Shown: positions 20,487-31,406 of the stretch, piece after piece
Numbering within the stretch: position 1 is the stretch's first letter
How the letters are laid out: every line of letters begins with the position of its first letter
DNA from: Puniceicoccaceae bacterium
GTDB taxonomy: Bacteria; Verrucomicrobiota; Verrucomicrobiia; Opitutales; Oceanipulchritudinaceae
Assembly (NCBI GenBank): GCA_040830765.1
Contig: JBFOMH010000017.1
Coordinates: 128,001-192,000, forward strand
Length of the DNA: 64,000 nt
Direction: 5' to 3'
The notes under the pieces: model-generated
The model's input: only the letters and a program-made list of their open reading frames with translations
Told to the model about the DNA's origin: nothing
The model's database searches: none
Program-made: the position numbers and the translations under genes

Positions 20487-22466
20487 TCATCCACTGACAT
20501 TTAACTCGGTGACTGTATTGGTTAGTGGAACGGCATCCTGCGGAATCTTGTTGGAGTATACTCCCCATCGGAAGTGCCACTGTTCTCCGTCCTTCCCATC
20601 GGTAGGGCGGTCCACCATCTTGGTGCCATTGAAGTAGACCTCGACGCGGGAGCCGTCGGTACGCATCTTCGCTTTGAAGCTTCGGCCGACGTAGTCCTCG
20701 GGACTCAAGGTCACGTTTCCTGCTCCGCCATTCAGCGAACCGACTCCAACGGAGCCGTCGGGACGTATCTCAATGCGTGCGTCGGGACCGTTGGGGCCAA
20801 ACATCTGCCCGATCGTAATGGTGATTTCAGGATGTTTGTTAACCTGCATGCGGGCTTCCCACTCCATCCAGCGACCTTCCCCTTTGGTGACCCACAGGCC
20901 GTCTTCAAATTCGCAACGCTGGTGGCTGCGACCATTCACAATATGGTTGGCCATGTCGTCACCCTTATGGAGGCTAAACTCCTGGACGGGTTGGCCGTCT
21001 GAACCAAGCCATTCACTGTACCACTTGTCGGCGTCGCAAAAATCCACCCGCTCCATCCGCTTGGTCAGCACATTGTGCATGGTGAAATCATAAGGTGGCA
21101 AACCTGGAACAGGGGTGTCGAGAGTGCAGTCATCAGTATCCGCAGAGGCATCGGCAACCGCTTCGGCAAGCCCAGCTTTGCAACCTGCACAAAGGGGGTT
21201 TCCAAGTGCACAACGCCTTCCCTCCGATTTGCTATCCAGACAACCGGTCGCGGGATCAACTGTTGGCAAATGCAGGTAAGCATCGAGGGTAGGTGTTTCC
21301 CAGCCAATGGCTTTGATCGTCCTCTCGATATCCGGATCGGAATAGACAACATTGGCAATTTGCAGGGTTACCTCGAACCTTTCCGGCTGCCATTCGGTAA
21401 TCTGCATGTAGGGCCAATTATTCTCGATGCTCGTGTAGGGGAGGAGGAAGTCTATAACGGACTTGAGGTCGCCTCCGTCGGTTGCCGTGTAGTGGTAGAG
21501 GTCGATACCGACATGCTGTGCCATGTTCGCCAGGCGAAAGAAGTATTTGATGTTTTCGATGCAGTAATTCCAGCCTTTGGTTCTCCGCAGCTCTTGCGGT
21601 TGGGCACCGTCCGGTTCAATCTGTGATTCAATGCGGCAGATGGTATTATTCTCGATGATGTTTTTGGCGGTTGCGGTGTCACCCGTATAGAGCGCCAGGC
21701 TGACGACCAGCATGTCGTAGGCTGTGCCATGATTGTTGCCGGCTTTGCGTTCCTTTTTTCCAAATTCTGAAGTCAGAAGCCAATCGAGAAATTCCGCCAT
21801 CCAATGTTTCAGTTCTTCATTGTCTGCTGCACTCCACCCTGGGGAGTTTTCAATCATTCCGATGGAATCCACAAGGAGGCAGAAACGGCGTGTGTCAATA
21901 ATGCCGCCTGCAGTTCCCTCATTGTGGCCCTTTCGCACCTGGGCATGATTCAGGTTGGGATTCATCCTTGTCTCATGATCCAGAAACCATGTCCGCAGCA
22001 GCCGGCCTGCCCACTTTGCGTATTTGGGATCCCCTGAGAAGAAATAGGCCTGGCCTAGAATACCGACGTCGTCGATCAATGATTCGACTGGCCTTCGGTC
22101 CGAGACCCGGTCTCGTTCCGGATTGGTCTCACCATCCTTCCGAATGTAGGGCAGTCCATCTGGCTTTGAAGGATCCGGCCACCAGTATGGGCTCAGGCTG
22201 TAGTAATCGTGGATGTCGCCGCTGGGGGGAAGGTCCCCGGTTGCTGTGACGGAATAGATGGTGCCAGCCTCGAGAATTGCATCTGCACTCTCGATCAGGG
22301 TTTTAATCCCTTTCGCGTATGCAAAACCGGCTTCCTGCGACTGGCCTCTGATTTGTTCCAGCCTGTCGGCATTCAGGATGAAGACCCGGGGTCCTCCGGC
22401 TTGCAGGAAGGAGGTTGCGAAGATTGCTATAAGGAGCAGTGCGAATTTCATGGTCACAATACTCAT
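20487..22466 (-). CDS. Secreted alginate-lyase-family (PL5-like) protein with a C-terminal PL7-like lyase domain
   Basis: PPSGDIHDYYSLSPYWWP, RKDGETNP, MNPNLNHAQ, NNHGT, QIEPDG.QPQEL.RT; C-terminal RCE, IGQMF, FRWGVYSN. Confidence 0.8.
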   Translation of the reverse strand: MSIVTMKFALLLIAIFATSFLQAGGPRVFILNADRLEQIRGQSQEAGFAYAKGIKTLIESADAILEAGTIYSVTATGDLPPSGDIHDYYSLSPYWWPDPSKPDGLPYIRKDGETNPERDRVSDRRPVESLIDDVGILGQAYFFSGDPKYAKWAGRLLRTWFLDHETRMNPNLNHAQVRKGHNEGTAGGIIDTRRFCLLVDSIGMIENSPGWSAADNEELKHWMAEFLDWLLTSEFGKKERKAGNNHGTAYDMLVVSLALYTGDTATAKNIIENNTICRIESQIEPDGAQPQELRRTKGWNYCIENIKYFFRLANMAQHVGIDLYHYTATDGGDLKSVIDFLLPYTSIENNWPYMQITEWQPERFEVTLQIANVVYSDPDIERTIKAIGWETPTLDAYLHLPTVDPATGCLDSKSEGRRCALGNPLCAGCKAGLAEAVADASADTDDCTLDTPVPGLPPYDFTMHNVLTKRMERVDFCDADKWYSEWLGSDGQPVQEFSLHKGDDMANHIVNGRSHQRCEFEDGLWVTKGEGRWMEWEARMQVNKHPEITITIGQMFGPNGPDARIEIRPDGSVGVGSLNGGAGNVTLSPEDYVGRSFKAKMRTDGSRVEVYFNGTKMVDRPTDGKDGEQWHFRWGVYSNKIPQDAVPLTNTVTELNVSG

Positions 22467-22644
22467 AGGGCTAAAGAAGCAGGAGTAAACATCCGTATTG
22501 TACGGACAACTTAATCGTACTCGCTCGGTGGAATTCTCCTGTTAAGTGCACTAGTGGTGGCCCCTGGGCTTAGCCGGTCGTTTTGTCCAGATTTTGGATG
22601 ATTTGTAAGTAACAGAATCATAACAACTTAAGAGGTCCTGTACA

Positions 22645-22667
22645 AATCCCTCTCTCTCTCTCCGCCA
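22645..22667 (+). repeat. attR-like direct repeat of the tRNA-Ser 3' end
   Basis: Matches 18708-18726 except for two extra TC units. Confidence 0.75.
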
Positions 22668-22777
22668 AGTTTGCTCTCCCGTTAGCACTGAACCCAACCG
22701 GTCAATCTTCTGGCTTCTCAAACAGGGATAAAGCTGATTCTGTAGTCACGTCTCATTAAGTCGCACAGGCACCTGTC

Positions 22778-24850
22778 ATGCATCCTACCCCTATCTGTTG
22801 TTGTATGTTCCGGACACTTCGTGCCGGGAATGTATTCCTCCTTTTGGCTGCCGGTCTGCAGGCACAGAATCTCATTGAGGACCGCTTTCTCTCAGACGGG
22901 CCACTGGCCGGGCAGCTTTCTTCGCCGGTGAGCAACGGGCACCCGTGGATTGAGGCGGTGTCGTCGGGGGCCGCGACTGTATCCGGGGGTCAACTGCAGA
23001 TGCGCCCGACAAGCGGGAATTCGGTCCTGGTGGCGGTGGATCCCCTGCAGAACAACCGGGTATACCGGCTTTCGGTGGATGTCTTGGACAGCGGCAACGA
23101 CTGGCTGGGACTGTCGCTCTTCAATGTCGCGGAACCCGAGGAGTGGTTCGACCCGGGGGTCCTTGGGCCCTGTGCCGTTCTTCAGAATTCCCAGGACTCG
23201 GTGAAGCTCTTCCACACCGCTGGGGGAATCACCGGTGACCAGGTCTCCGTCCCGGCACCGGGAAGCCCCATTACCGGTAATTTTGTCATCGAGGTGGCGG
23301 TGGATTGGACCGGTGCGGCGGAGCTGACTTTTCTTTGGGATGGCGTCGTTCTCAGCTCGGGCCACCGCTTGAGTGCGGAGGAGGTCGATGCCATTATGGC
23401 CGTGGGCCTGACAGTGGCCGGTGGCGGGACACCGGTAGTGGATAACTTTGTCCTGGAAATCGTGGGAACCACGGAGTCGGTGACGATCGACCTGTCCATG
23501 TCGGGAACGGAGGTTGTCCTGGACGGGTTTGGCGGACCGCCTCACGGTGCTTACAGTGTTTTGCAGGCTCCTGACCTGACCCTGCCGCTGGCCAGTTGGG
23601 AGCAGGCGGAGATCGGCATGTTCGATGCCGCGGGCGGCTCCAGCCTTTCCCTGCCGATGGTCGCCGGGGCCGACAGGTTTTACCGGATGATGGTCCTTTC
23701 CGAGGTGGCTGTTCCCGGAATAATCGAGCAGCCGCAGGACTTGGTCGTCATGGAAGGAGGCGAGGCAGCCTTTACTGTTTCCGCTGTAGGGGCTCCACCG
23801 CTACAGTATCAATGGTATCTTAATGAGAGCACGGAGATGGCCGGAAAAACGGAGTCGACCCTGACCCTTGCCAACGTCCAGTCAAACAACGCCGGGGCCT
23901 ATTCCGTTGAGGTCTCGAATTCGTTCGGGATTGCGCAGAGTGGTCAGGCACAATTGACCGTCCTCCCCGCCGGCTATGGCCCCTTTGGTTGGGCCTCCAT
24001 GAACGGGGGAACCACCGGCGGTGAAGGAGGGGCAACCGTTGTTGTCACAACCCGGAGCGAGTTACAAAACGCCCTCAATACCAATGGCCCCTTGATCATT
24101 CAACTTTCCGGTATCATCGATGCCGGGTTGGTCATCCAGGGGAAAAGCGACAAGACCATCGAGGGGCTCGACGCGAACTCCGGCTGGGACAGTTTCATCC
24201 AGTTCAAGAACTGCCACAATATCATCATCCGGCACTGCAACATCGGCAATTCCGGCAGCGACGGGATTACCATCCAGGATAGCTCGACCAACTTCTGGAT
24301 CGACCACTGCACCCTTGGGGATTGCGGGGACGGCCAGATCGACATCGTCCGCGGGTCGGACTTCGTCACTGTCTCCTGGTGCAAATTCATCTATACCGAT
24401 CCGTCCAATGAGCACCGCCTGCCCAACCTGATCGGGAGCAGCAGTGAACTCGTGGAGGACGCCGGCCACCTTCGGGTCACTTTCCACCACAACTGGTGGT
24501 CCGACCTCTGTCACGGGCGCATGCCCCGGGTCCGCTTCGGCCAGGTGCACGTCTACAACAACTATTATTCCATTCCCGACCATGGCGGCTATTGTATCGT
24601 CGCCGCCTGGCAGTCGCAGCTCCTCGTGGAGAACAACTACTTCCACCTCGTCAAGGATCCCTGGACGATCACCGACATCGGGGCCGGCAACCCCGGCAGG
24701 CTCAAGGCCACCGGCAACATCCTCGACCAGACGACCGGCACGGTCAGTTCAGGGGATGATGAGGTTTTTACGCCCCCCTATCCCTACATCCTTGAGGACC
24801 CGATTGTTGCCAGGGACCGGATCATCGCCGGGGCCGGGAATGTGTTCTGA
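22778..24850 (+). CDS. Multidomain secreted pectate lyase (PL1) with Ig-like domain
   Basis: GTTGGEG, NIIIRH, FWIDHC, DGQID, VTFHHNW, RMPRVRFG, HVYNNY; one Ig domain (QPQD...YQWY..Y.V.VSN); start may be 22805. Confidence 0.88.
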   Translation: MHPTPICCCMFRTLRAGNVFLLLAAGLQAQNLIEDRFLSDGPLAGQLSSPVSNGHPWIEAVSSGAATVSGGQLQMRPTSGNSVLVAVDPLQNNRVYRLSVDVLDSGNDWLGLSLFNVAEPEEWFDPGVLGPCAVLQNSQDSVKLFHTAGGITGDQVSVPAPGSPITGNFVIEVAVDWTGAAELTFLWDGVVLSSGHRLSAEEVDAIMAVGLTVAGGGTPVVDNFVLEIVGTTESVTIDLSMSGTEVVLDGFGGPPHGAYSVLQAPDLTLPLASWEQAEIGMFDAAGGSSLSLPMVAGADRFYRMMVLSEVAVPGIIEQPQDLVVMEGGEAAFTVSAVGAPPLQYQWYLNESTEMAGKTESTLTLANVQSNNAGAYSVEVSNSFGIAQSGQAQLTVLPAGYGPFGWASMNGGTTGGEGGATVVVTTRSELQNALNTNGPLIIQLSGIIDAGLVIQGKSDKTIEGLDANSGWDSFIQFKNCHNIIIRHCNIGNSGSDGITIQDSSTNFWIDHCTLGDCGDGQIDIVRGSDFVTVSWCKFIYTDPSNEHRLPNLIGSSSELVEDAGHLRVTFHHNWWSDLCHGRMPRVRFGQVHVYNNYYSIPDHGGYCIVAAWQSQLLVENNYFHLVKDPWTITDIGAGNPGRLKATGNILDQTTGTVSSGDDEVFTPPYPYILEDPIVARDRIIAGAGNVF

Positions 24851-24861
24851 GTCGTCGGTGC

Positions 24862-27780
24862 CTACTCTCCATTAAAAACCAACCGCAAGCGGTAGAAGCG
24901 GCGGGGCTGGCTGCCCGAGGAATCGGTCACTTCGACCCATTCGCCGACTGTTCCTGGATTGGTAGAAAGGGTGGTCCAGTTCACCAGGTCATCCGAGGCC
25001 TCGGTGGCGTAGGTCACACCGGCACGCTTGCGGAAAAAGGAGAGGGTGTTTGTCGTCCCGTCGGTGTGGAGTTCGGGCATTCGAACTTCACCAGTTGCCG
25101 GGTCCTCGCCGAATGCATAGAGGAGAAGTTCGTCGTCCGAAGGAACCGCGAGGTAGCTCGTTTTGAGCCAGTTTTCTTTGGCCCATGAAAGGCGGCCGGC
25201 ACCGGCCCCAGCGAACAGGTTCTCGGCGAGATTGACCGGGTCGTCCGTGATGTAAGTGTAGGGCAGGGTACCTCCCGGCAGATTCCATGAAAACGGCTTG
25301 ATCGGTGCCTGGAAGGGCCCCATGGGATTGCCGGAGTCCGTGCTGTCGCCCCGCACCGTGACCGAAACGCCCTCATTATCCGTCATGCGGGTGATGCAAT
25401 CAATGCCCAGTATCTTGCCGGTGTAGACGGGATTGGAGGGATCGGTCTGGTTGTTGCGAAGGGGCGTCAGGCAATCGAGATAGACGGACTTTTCGACCAG
25501 GATGGCTCCATCCTCGGTGGAGATGGTTCCATTGAGGAAGGGGTTGAAATTGTAGGTGCCCGAGCTGCTGAGCTTGGCTGCATCAGTCGGGTTCATGGCC
25601 GCCACGCGCTCGTCACGCAGGCGCTTGGCCTGCCGGGCCCGTTCATCGTCGACCAGAATATTGTAATTGTGCACGTTGCCGGCCCGCAGTCGGGGGAGGC
25701 GGTCCCAGGTGTTCTGGTACCACTGGTGATGGAAGGTGACCGCATGGTCGGCGTTTTCCGAGTTGAGCGAATTGGCGCCGATAAGGTGCGTCTTGCCTGT
25801 GCCCTGGATGACCTGGACGATGTCCTCCACGCTGAATCCCCTGGAGCGGAGGAAATTGTACATTGGGTAGCTGCTTGGATTTTCTTCCAGCTTGTTGATC
25901 TGCTGGCGAACGAAACTATTGGAATTGGTGGCGCCGTCATCGCCCACGTAGTTGTTCCATGAGAAGGTGATGTTGTAGCTGCCCCCCTTGATATCGCAAA
26001 TGCCGTCGTAGGCCTTGGTGAAAGTGCAGTGATCGATCCAGATGTCCCAGACTGTGCCGGCGTTGCCGAGGCTAATGAAGTCCCAGTCGTTGCTGTCGTA
26101 GTCGCCCTTGGAGGCCTCGTCCCATTCCCAGAGCTCATCGAACCTCAGGTTCCGGATGATGATGTTGCTGCTGGCCTTGATGTTGAAGGAGGCATGGCGG
26201 ATGGTTGAGCCGTTGGCAGAGAAGATGGTCAGGCCGGTCTTTCTCTGGATGTCGATGAGGGAAACCCCGGTGACGATCAGGCGGGGATGAAGCTTCGGGG
26301 TGGCATGCTGACGGAAGAGGCTGAAGTCACGCACCGCCGGTTCGACTTCAAGGTAACCGAGATCGAGATCGTTGAGGATCTCGATCACCTTGACGGAGCC
26401 GGACTTGTCCGCGAGGGCGGTGACAAACTCCAGCGGCGTGGCTACCTTGACATAGCCGGGATCGGTTTCCGGGATGACGCCCCCGCCAGTGGTGGCCTCC
26501 CCAAATCCAGCCAGATTGAAGGCCGATGAAGGCAGTCCGGTTGTCGTGGTCAGGATCGCCGTCCCGCTCGTCGCTGCGCCGTAGGCATTGGTCACCGTGA
26601 CATGGTAACCCGCCTCGTCCGCCTCGGAAACGCCAGTCAATTCGAGTACCGACTGGTCCTCTCCAGACATGGGCTCGTTATCCCGGTACCACTGGTAGAC
26701 GAGGGGTTGGGTACCGGTGACCTCGACGGAAAAGAATGCCGTTCCGCCATTGATGATGACCTGGGAATCCGGACCCGACAGGATTTGCGGGGGCTGTGGC
26801 GTTTCGGAAACCGTCAGGCTGGCGGATTCGCTGGTGGCGGAACCCAGGTAGTTTGTGGCCACGCAACTGTAGTCACCGGCCTGCTCAAGCTGGACATTTT
26901 CCAGAACGAGGGTGGCATTTACGGCTCCCGCGAGAGGGGTCTCACCGTGAAACCATTGGAAGCTGGGTGCCGGGGTGCCGGATGCCTCAACGGAAAAGGT
27001 TGCCGTTCCTCCAGTCCCGACCTCCTGCGGCACTGGTTGGAGAGTGATTTGCGGTGCTTCGCCGGCGCCTGCCACGACCGGTGTGAAGGACACGTCATCC
27101 AGTGCCATGGTGTCGTGGGATGCTGTGCTTGAGGAGGCGCTGTTTCTCCATTTCCACCGGATCCAGATGGATTCCCCGACGGGTATGGGAGCCGTGACCA
27201 ATCCACTGTCCAGCGGGGTTACGGAGCCTGCGGAGCCGCCGAGCGAATTTGCCGTCATGCCGCTGATGGCCGTCCAGCCATTGCTGGCGGGAAGGTCATC
27301 TTCCGCCGCCCCGACACGGTACTCCGTCGCGACCGTGACCGTCCGGTTGTCGGTGGATTCCCTCCACTGCTCGATGGAGCAGGCCAGGGTAAATCCGGAC
27401 AGGGGAACCCCGGATGTGTTTGTGAAGCCAAGTCCCATGTAGGTGTCGGCCGTATTGACCCGCGTGTGGTAGTTGATGGCCCGGTCGCTTCCGCTCCCGA
27501 CACTGTGGATCGTCAGGTCGGTGAGGTTGGAAGAGCCGTCATTCGCCCTTGCTGCAGTGTTCAGGCCGCCGCTGGATGGCGCGGCATACCAGCCCTTCAG
27601 GGTACTGTCGTTTCCCCATGTAAAGTCGGCCGACGGCAAGGCGTCAAATGACTGTATGTAACCGTTATCCAGGATTGCCTGATCGATCCCGATGGCGCCC
27701 AGGAATGACGGAAAGAAGGCAGTCAGGCATGCGCAGAGGAGCAGGACTGAACCGAGGCGGGAGTAGTGTGAAAGATGCAT
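24862..27780 (-). CDS. Multidomain secreted pectate lyase (PL1) with two Ig-like domains and FYRL-type C-terminal domain
   Basis: Signal peptide from ATG 27780; two Ig repeats; TTGGG, NIIIRNL, IWIDHCTF, RLPRLR, HNYN; tail ...SDDLVNW...RRFYRLRL. Confidence 0.88.
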   Translation of the reverse strand: MHLSHYSRLGSVLLLCACLTAFFPSFLGAIGIDQAILDNGYIQSFDALPSADFTWGNDSTLKGWYAAPSSGGLNTAARANDGSSNLTDLTIHSVGSGSDRAINYHTRVNTADTYMGLGFTNTSGVPLSGFTLACSIEQWRESTDNRTVTVATEYRVGAAEDDLPASNGWTAISGMTANSLGGSAGSVTPLDSGLVTAPIPVGESIWIRWKWRNSASSSTASHDTMALDDVSFTPVVAGAGEAPQITLQPVPQEVGTGGTATFSVEASGTPAPSFQWFHGETPLAGAVNATLVLENVQLEQAGDYSCVATNYLGSATSESASLTVSETPQPPQILSGPDSQVIINGGTAFFSVEVTGTQPLVYQWYRDNEPMSGEDQSVLELTGVSEADEAGYHVTVTNAYGAATSGTAILTTTTGLPSSAFNLAGFGEATTGGGVIPETDPGYVKVATPLEFVTALADKSGSVKVIEILNDLDLGYLEVEPAVRDFSLFRQHATPKLHPRLIVTGVSLIDIQRKTGLTIFSANGSTIRHASFNIKASSNIIIRNLRFDELWEWDEASKGDYDSNDWDFISLGNAGTVWDIWIDHCTFTKAYDGICDIKGGSYNITFSWNNYVGDDGATNSNSFVRQQINKLEENPSSYPMYNFLRSRGFSVEDIVQVIQGTGKTHLIGANSLNSENADHAVTFHHQWYQNTWDRLPRLRAGNVHNYNILVDDERARQAKRLRDERVAAMNPTDAAKLSSSGTYNFNPFLNGTISTEDGAILVEKSVYLDCLTPLRNNQTDPSNPVYTGKILGIDCITRMTDNEGVSVTVRGDSTDSGNPMGPFQAPIKPFSWNLPGGTLPYTYITDDPVNLAENLFAGAGAGRLSWAKENWLKTSYLAVPSDDELLLYAFGEDPATGEVRMPELHTDGTTNTLSFFRKRAGVTYATEASDDLVNWTTLSTNPGTVGEWVEVTDSSGSQPRRFYRLRLVFNGE

Positions 27781-27971
27781 CGGTTGCAATTGTTCCAGTA
27801 GATTGCCTTTCAGGACTCCTCGCGGCGAGGACAAAGTGCTTGTGGGGATGGGTGAATTCGAGGTTTGCCGGTTGGCAATTCCAGCGGCCTGGATGAGCCT
27901 CCTGCTCACGATAATTCCCTTTGACCCCGCAGGTACCGAGCGACTAACTTTCGGCTAACTTCAGTTACCCC

Positions 27972-29744
27972 ATGACCCTCCAAATCATCATCGTCTTCCT
28001 GATCCTCGGCCTTTCAGTGGCGGCCTTTGTCTCGGACCGGATCCGCCACGACCTGATTGGCCTGCTGGTGCTGGTCGCGCTTGGCCTGACCGGGATCCTC
28101 AAGCCGGATGACCTCCTGCATGGATTTGGCAACCGGGCGGTGGTGACCATCGGGGCGATGTTTGTCCTCAGTGCGGCCCTGACCCGGACCGGCACGGTGA
28201 CCGCTCTCAGTGGCAAGCTGGCCAACTACTCGCGAGGGGATCCGTTCCGCTTCCTTGTACTGGCCTTGGTCACGGTCTGCGTGATGTCGGCTTTCATCAA
28301 CAACACCCCCGTGGTCCTGGTCCTGATCCCGGCGGCCCTGACGGTATCCACTAAAGTGGGCATGAGCCCTTCGAAATTCCTCATGCCGATCTCCTTTGCC
28401 TCCATGCTTGGCGGCAGCTGCACGCTGATTGGGACCTCCTCGAACATCCTTGTTTCCTCGATCGCCGAGACCGGGGGATACGGAGCGATCAGTATGTTCG
28501 AGTTTTCCAAGGTGGGAATATTCATCGTCATCGGCGGGATGGCCTATCTGCTCTTCTTCTCCTTCCGTATGCTTCCCGACCGGGTGACCATCGCCTCGAC
28601 ACTGAATCCGGATGCTGCCAAACAATATGTCACACAAGTGCGCCTGGGATCGGATTCCAATCTCATTGGGAAGCGGATGGCGGAGACACCCTTCATGAAG
28701 CTTGGCGTCTCCGTGGTCGAATTGATCCGGGGTGAGCAGATCCGGCGATTGGACAAGGAAACCCCTCTGGAGGAGGACGACATCCTCCTGGTCCGGGGTG
28801 ACTTGAATGATATCCTCGAATTGGACCGCCAGCACGCGGTCACCATCACGCCCGGCGCGCCGAAACCGATTGGCGAGCTCAAGCGGGTGGAGATGACCCT
28901 TTTTGAACTGATGATTGCCCCGGACTCGAATCTTATTGGGCAAAAGTGCAGCAGCATCGGCCTGCGGGAAGAGTACGATGTTTCCATCTTTGCCATCCAG
29001 CGGCGTGGGCGTCATCACCAAAGGGAGATTGGAGAGATCGAGCTCAAGTTGGGGGACATCCTGCTGGTCCGCGGCTCCATCGAGGAGGCGGCGCGGTTAC
29101 GTGACAGCCATGAATTCATCCTCCTCGAGGGGGTCCACGAGGAGCGGGAGGAGCGGCACAAGGCACCCATCGCCATGGCCACTATTGCCACTATCATCGT
29201 GTTGGCAGCCTTCGGGGTCTTTCCGATCAGCGTGCTGGCACTGGGCGGGGTGGGGGTTGTCTTCCTGGCCAAGCTCTTGACTCCCCGGGAAGTCTATCGG
29301 GCGGTCGATTGGCCGGTCCTGGTCCTTATCGCCGGGATGATTTCGCTTGGGGATGCCATGGCCCACACGGGAGCCCTTGATCTGGTGGCCGGCCATCTCA
29401 TTGCCGCAACCGGCGCCCTCGGTACCCACGGCACCCTCTGGGTGTTCTACATCCTCACAGCCGGGCTCAGCCTTTTGATCCTGAACAAGCCGGCCGCTGC
29501 CCTGATGGCACCACTGGGAATGATCCTTGCCCAGCAGCTGGGCGTCGATCCAAAGCCGTTTGTCATGGCCGTGGCCTTTGCCGCTTCGACTGCCATGGCT
29601 ACCCCCATGGGCTACCAGACGAACCTGCTTGTCTACGGGCCGGGTGGCTATGCCTTCAAGGACTTCGTCCGTTTCGGCCTGCCCTTGAACATCTTTGTCG
29701 GCGTCATCGCCTGCCTCACCATCCCCTGGATCTGGCCGTTTTAG
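27972..29744 (+). CDS. SLC13/CitMHS-family permease with two TrkA-C domains
   Basis: [22 protein letters not shown], two internal TrkA-C repeats, [20 protein letters not shown]. Confidence 0.92.
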   Translation: MTLQIIIVFLILGLSVAAFVSDRIRHDLIGLLVLVALGLTGILKPDDLLHGFGNRAVVTIGAMFVLSAALTRTGTVTALSGKLANYSRGDPFRFLVLALVTVCVMSAFINNTPVVLVLIPAALTVSTKVGMSPSKFLMPISFASMLGGSCTLIGTSSNILVSSIAETGGYGAISMFEFSKVGIFIVIGGMAYLLFFSFRMLPDRVTIASTLNPDAAKQYVTQVRLGSDSNLIGKRMAETPFMKLGVSVVELIRGEQIRRLDKETPLEEDDILLVRGDLNDILELDRQHAVTITPGAPKPIGELKRVEMTLFELMIAPDSNLIGQKCSSIGLREEYDVSIFAIQRRGRHHQREIGEIELKLGDILLVRGSIEEAARLRDSHEFILLEGVHEEREERHKAPIAMATIATIIVLAAFGVFPISVLALGGVGVVFLAKLLTPREVYRAVDWPVLVLIAGMISLGDAMAHTGALDLVAGHLIAATGALGTHGTLWVFYILTAGLSLLILNKPAAALMAPLGMILAQQLGVDPKPFVMAVAFAASTAMATPMGYQTNLLVYGPGGYAFKDFVRFGLPLNIFVGVIACLTIPWIWPF

Positions 29745-31249
29745 GCAGAGTCAGGAGTTCTATTTTGTAATTCAATGACGACGACGGATTTCGCCGGCAA
29801 CTCGATTTGGAGTCTATCCTCGGTCCGGGTATAATCCGTGAAGGGTTGTGCTCGAATCCGGTCAGGTTCTTCAAACGTGTTGTGGGCATCGACCGCATCC
29901 GCCGTCAGGATACGGCCGCTGAGAGGTCCTTCGGGGAGCGCCGAGGCATCCAACATCACGGACACGGGTTCGTTCGGATGCGCGTTGACCAGGGACAGGT
30001 GGACGGTGCCGTTCTCCTTGTTTTTCGAGGCGGAGGCGGAAAGGACTGGAATAGTGTGTTCACCAAGGCCACAAGTTGGCGATTCGATCTTCAGGGGAAG
30101 GAACGTTTCTCCCTGATGGACTTTGAGCATCTCAAAGATCCAGTAGGTTGGGGTGCGGAGCATCTTCTTCCCATCCGTCAGGATCATGGCCTGGAGGACA
30201 TTCACCGTCTGGGCTATGTTGGCCATGCGGACACGGTCTGCATGCCGGTGGAAGATGTGGAAATTGAGGGCTGCGAGGATGGCGTCCCGGAGCGAATTCT
30301 GCTGGTGCAGGAAAGCCCGGTTGGTCCCCGGCTCGACGTTCGTCCAGATGCCCCACTCATCGACCATCAGGCCGACTTTTTTATCGGGATCGTACTTGTC
30401 CATGATGGTCTCATGGGCATTGAGGATGGTTTCCATCTCAAGCGTGCGTGCGAGAGTGGCGAAGTAGGCATCTTCGCCGAATCCGGTCGCCGGCCCCTTG
30501 TCGCTCCACTTGCCCGTCGGCAGGGTGTAGTAATGCAGGGACAACCCGTCCATGTAGCTTGCGGCCCGCTCCATCAGGACCTCTGTCCACTCCAGATTGT
30601 AGTCGTTGGATCCGCAGGCGATGCGGAACACGTGGGGTCCGTGGTCCTTGACGAATGTGTTGTATCGGCGGTAGAGGTCGGCGTAGTACTCCGGGCGCAT
30701 ATTGCCGCCACAGCCCCAGCTCTCATTACCCACCCCAAAAAAATCCAGTGGCCAGGGCTCGTCCCGGCCGTTGGCTCGCCGCAACCTGGCCATGGGCGAA
30801 TCGGCAGGGGAGGTCATGTATTCGACCCATTCCATCATTTCCTGGACTGATCCGCTTCCGACGTTCCCGCAGACATAGGCCTTCGTGTCCAGCAGCTCGA
30901 CCAGGTCGAAGAATTCGTGGGTGCCGAAATGGTTGTTCTCCACAACCTTGCCCCACGTCGTGTTGATCATCGCCGGGCGTTCCGCCCGGGGTCCAATGCC
31001 GTCCTTCCAGTGGTATTCGTCCGCAAAGCAGCCGCCCGGCCACCGAAGGACAGGTATATCCAACTGGCGCAACGCTTCCACGACATCATTGCGGATGCCC
31101 CGTGTGTTGGGGATATCCGAGTCCTCGCCAACCCAGATGCCTTCATAAATACAGCGGCCGAGGTGTTCCGCAAAATGACCGTAGATTTCCGGATGGATGA
31201 CTTGCGGTTCACCATCCCCAAGAATCTGAATACGTGCTTCCTGATGCAT
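29741..31249 (-). CDS. abfA: Alpha-L-arabinofuranosidase (GH51)
   Basis: [28 protein letters not shown] acid/base, DEWG nucleophile, AQTVNVLQ. Confidence 0.93.
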   Translation of the reverse strand: MHQEARIQILGDGEPQVIHPEIYGHFAEHLGRCIYEGIWVGEDSDIPNTRGIRNDVVEALRQLDIPVLRWPGGCFADEYHWKDGIGPRAERPAMINTTWGKVVENNHFGTHEFFDLVELLDTKAYVCGNVGSGSVQEMMEWVEYMTSPADSPMARLRRANGRDEPWPLDFFGVGNESWGCGGNMRPEYYADLYRRYNTFVKDHGPHVFRIACGSNDYNLEWTEVLMERAASYMDGLSLHYYTLPTGKWSDKGPATGFGEDAYFATLARTLEMETILNAHETIMDKYDPDKKVGLMVDEWGIWTNVEPGTNRAFLHQQNSLRDAILAALNFHIFHRHADRVRMANIAQTVNVLQAMILTDGKKMLRTPTYWIFEMLKVHQGETFLPLKIESPTCGLGEHTIPVLSASASKNKENGTVHLSLVNAHPNEPVSVMLDASALPEGPLSGRILTADAVDAHNTFEEPDRIRAQPFTDYTRTEDRLQIELPAKSVVVIELQNRTPDSA

Positions 31250-31406
31250 AGGTCTGTTTGTTTAGGCTGGCTGAAGGAGAGGACTTCATGCCAGAATGTG
31301 TTATAGAAGACAAACCTGACCATGTCTTCCCTGCACCTTTGCCCATGCTGTACCGTATATCAATGATCCCCTTGAGAGAGCAGCAAATAGCCTGTGTTAC
31401 CGAGAA

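Larger units (their letters stand above)
18727..22667. mobile_element. Putative decayed genomic islet integrated at tRNA-Ser (no integrase)
   Basis: tRNA 3' end AATCCCTCTCTCTCCGCCA recurs as AATCCCTCTCTCTCTCTCCGCCA at 22645-22667. Confidence 0.65.
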
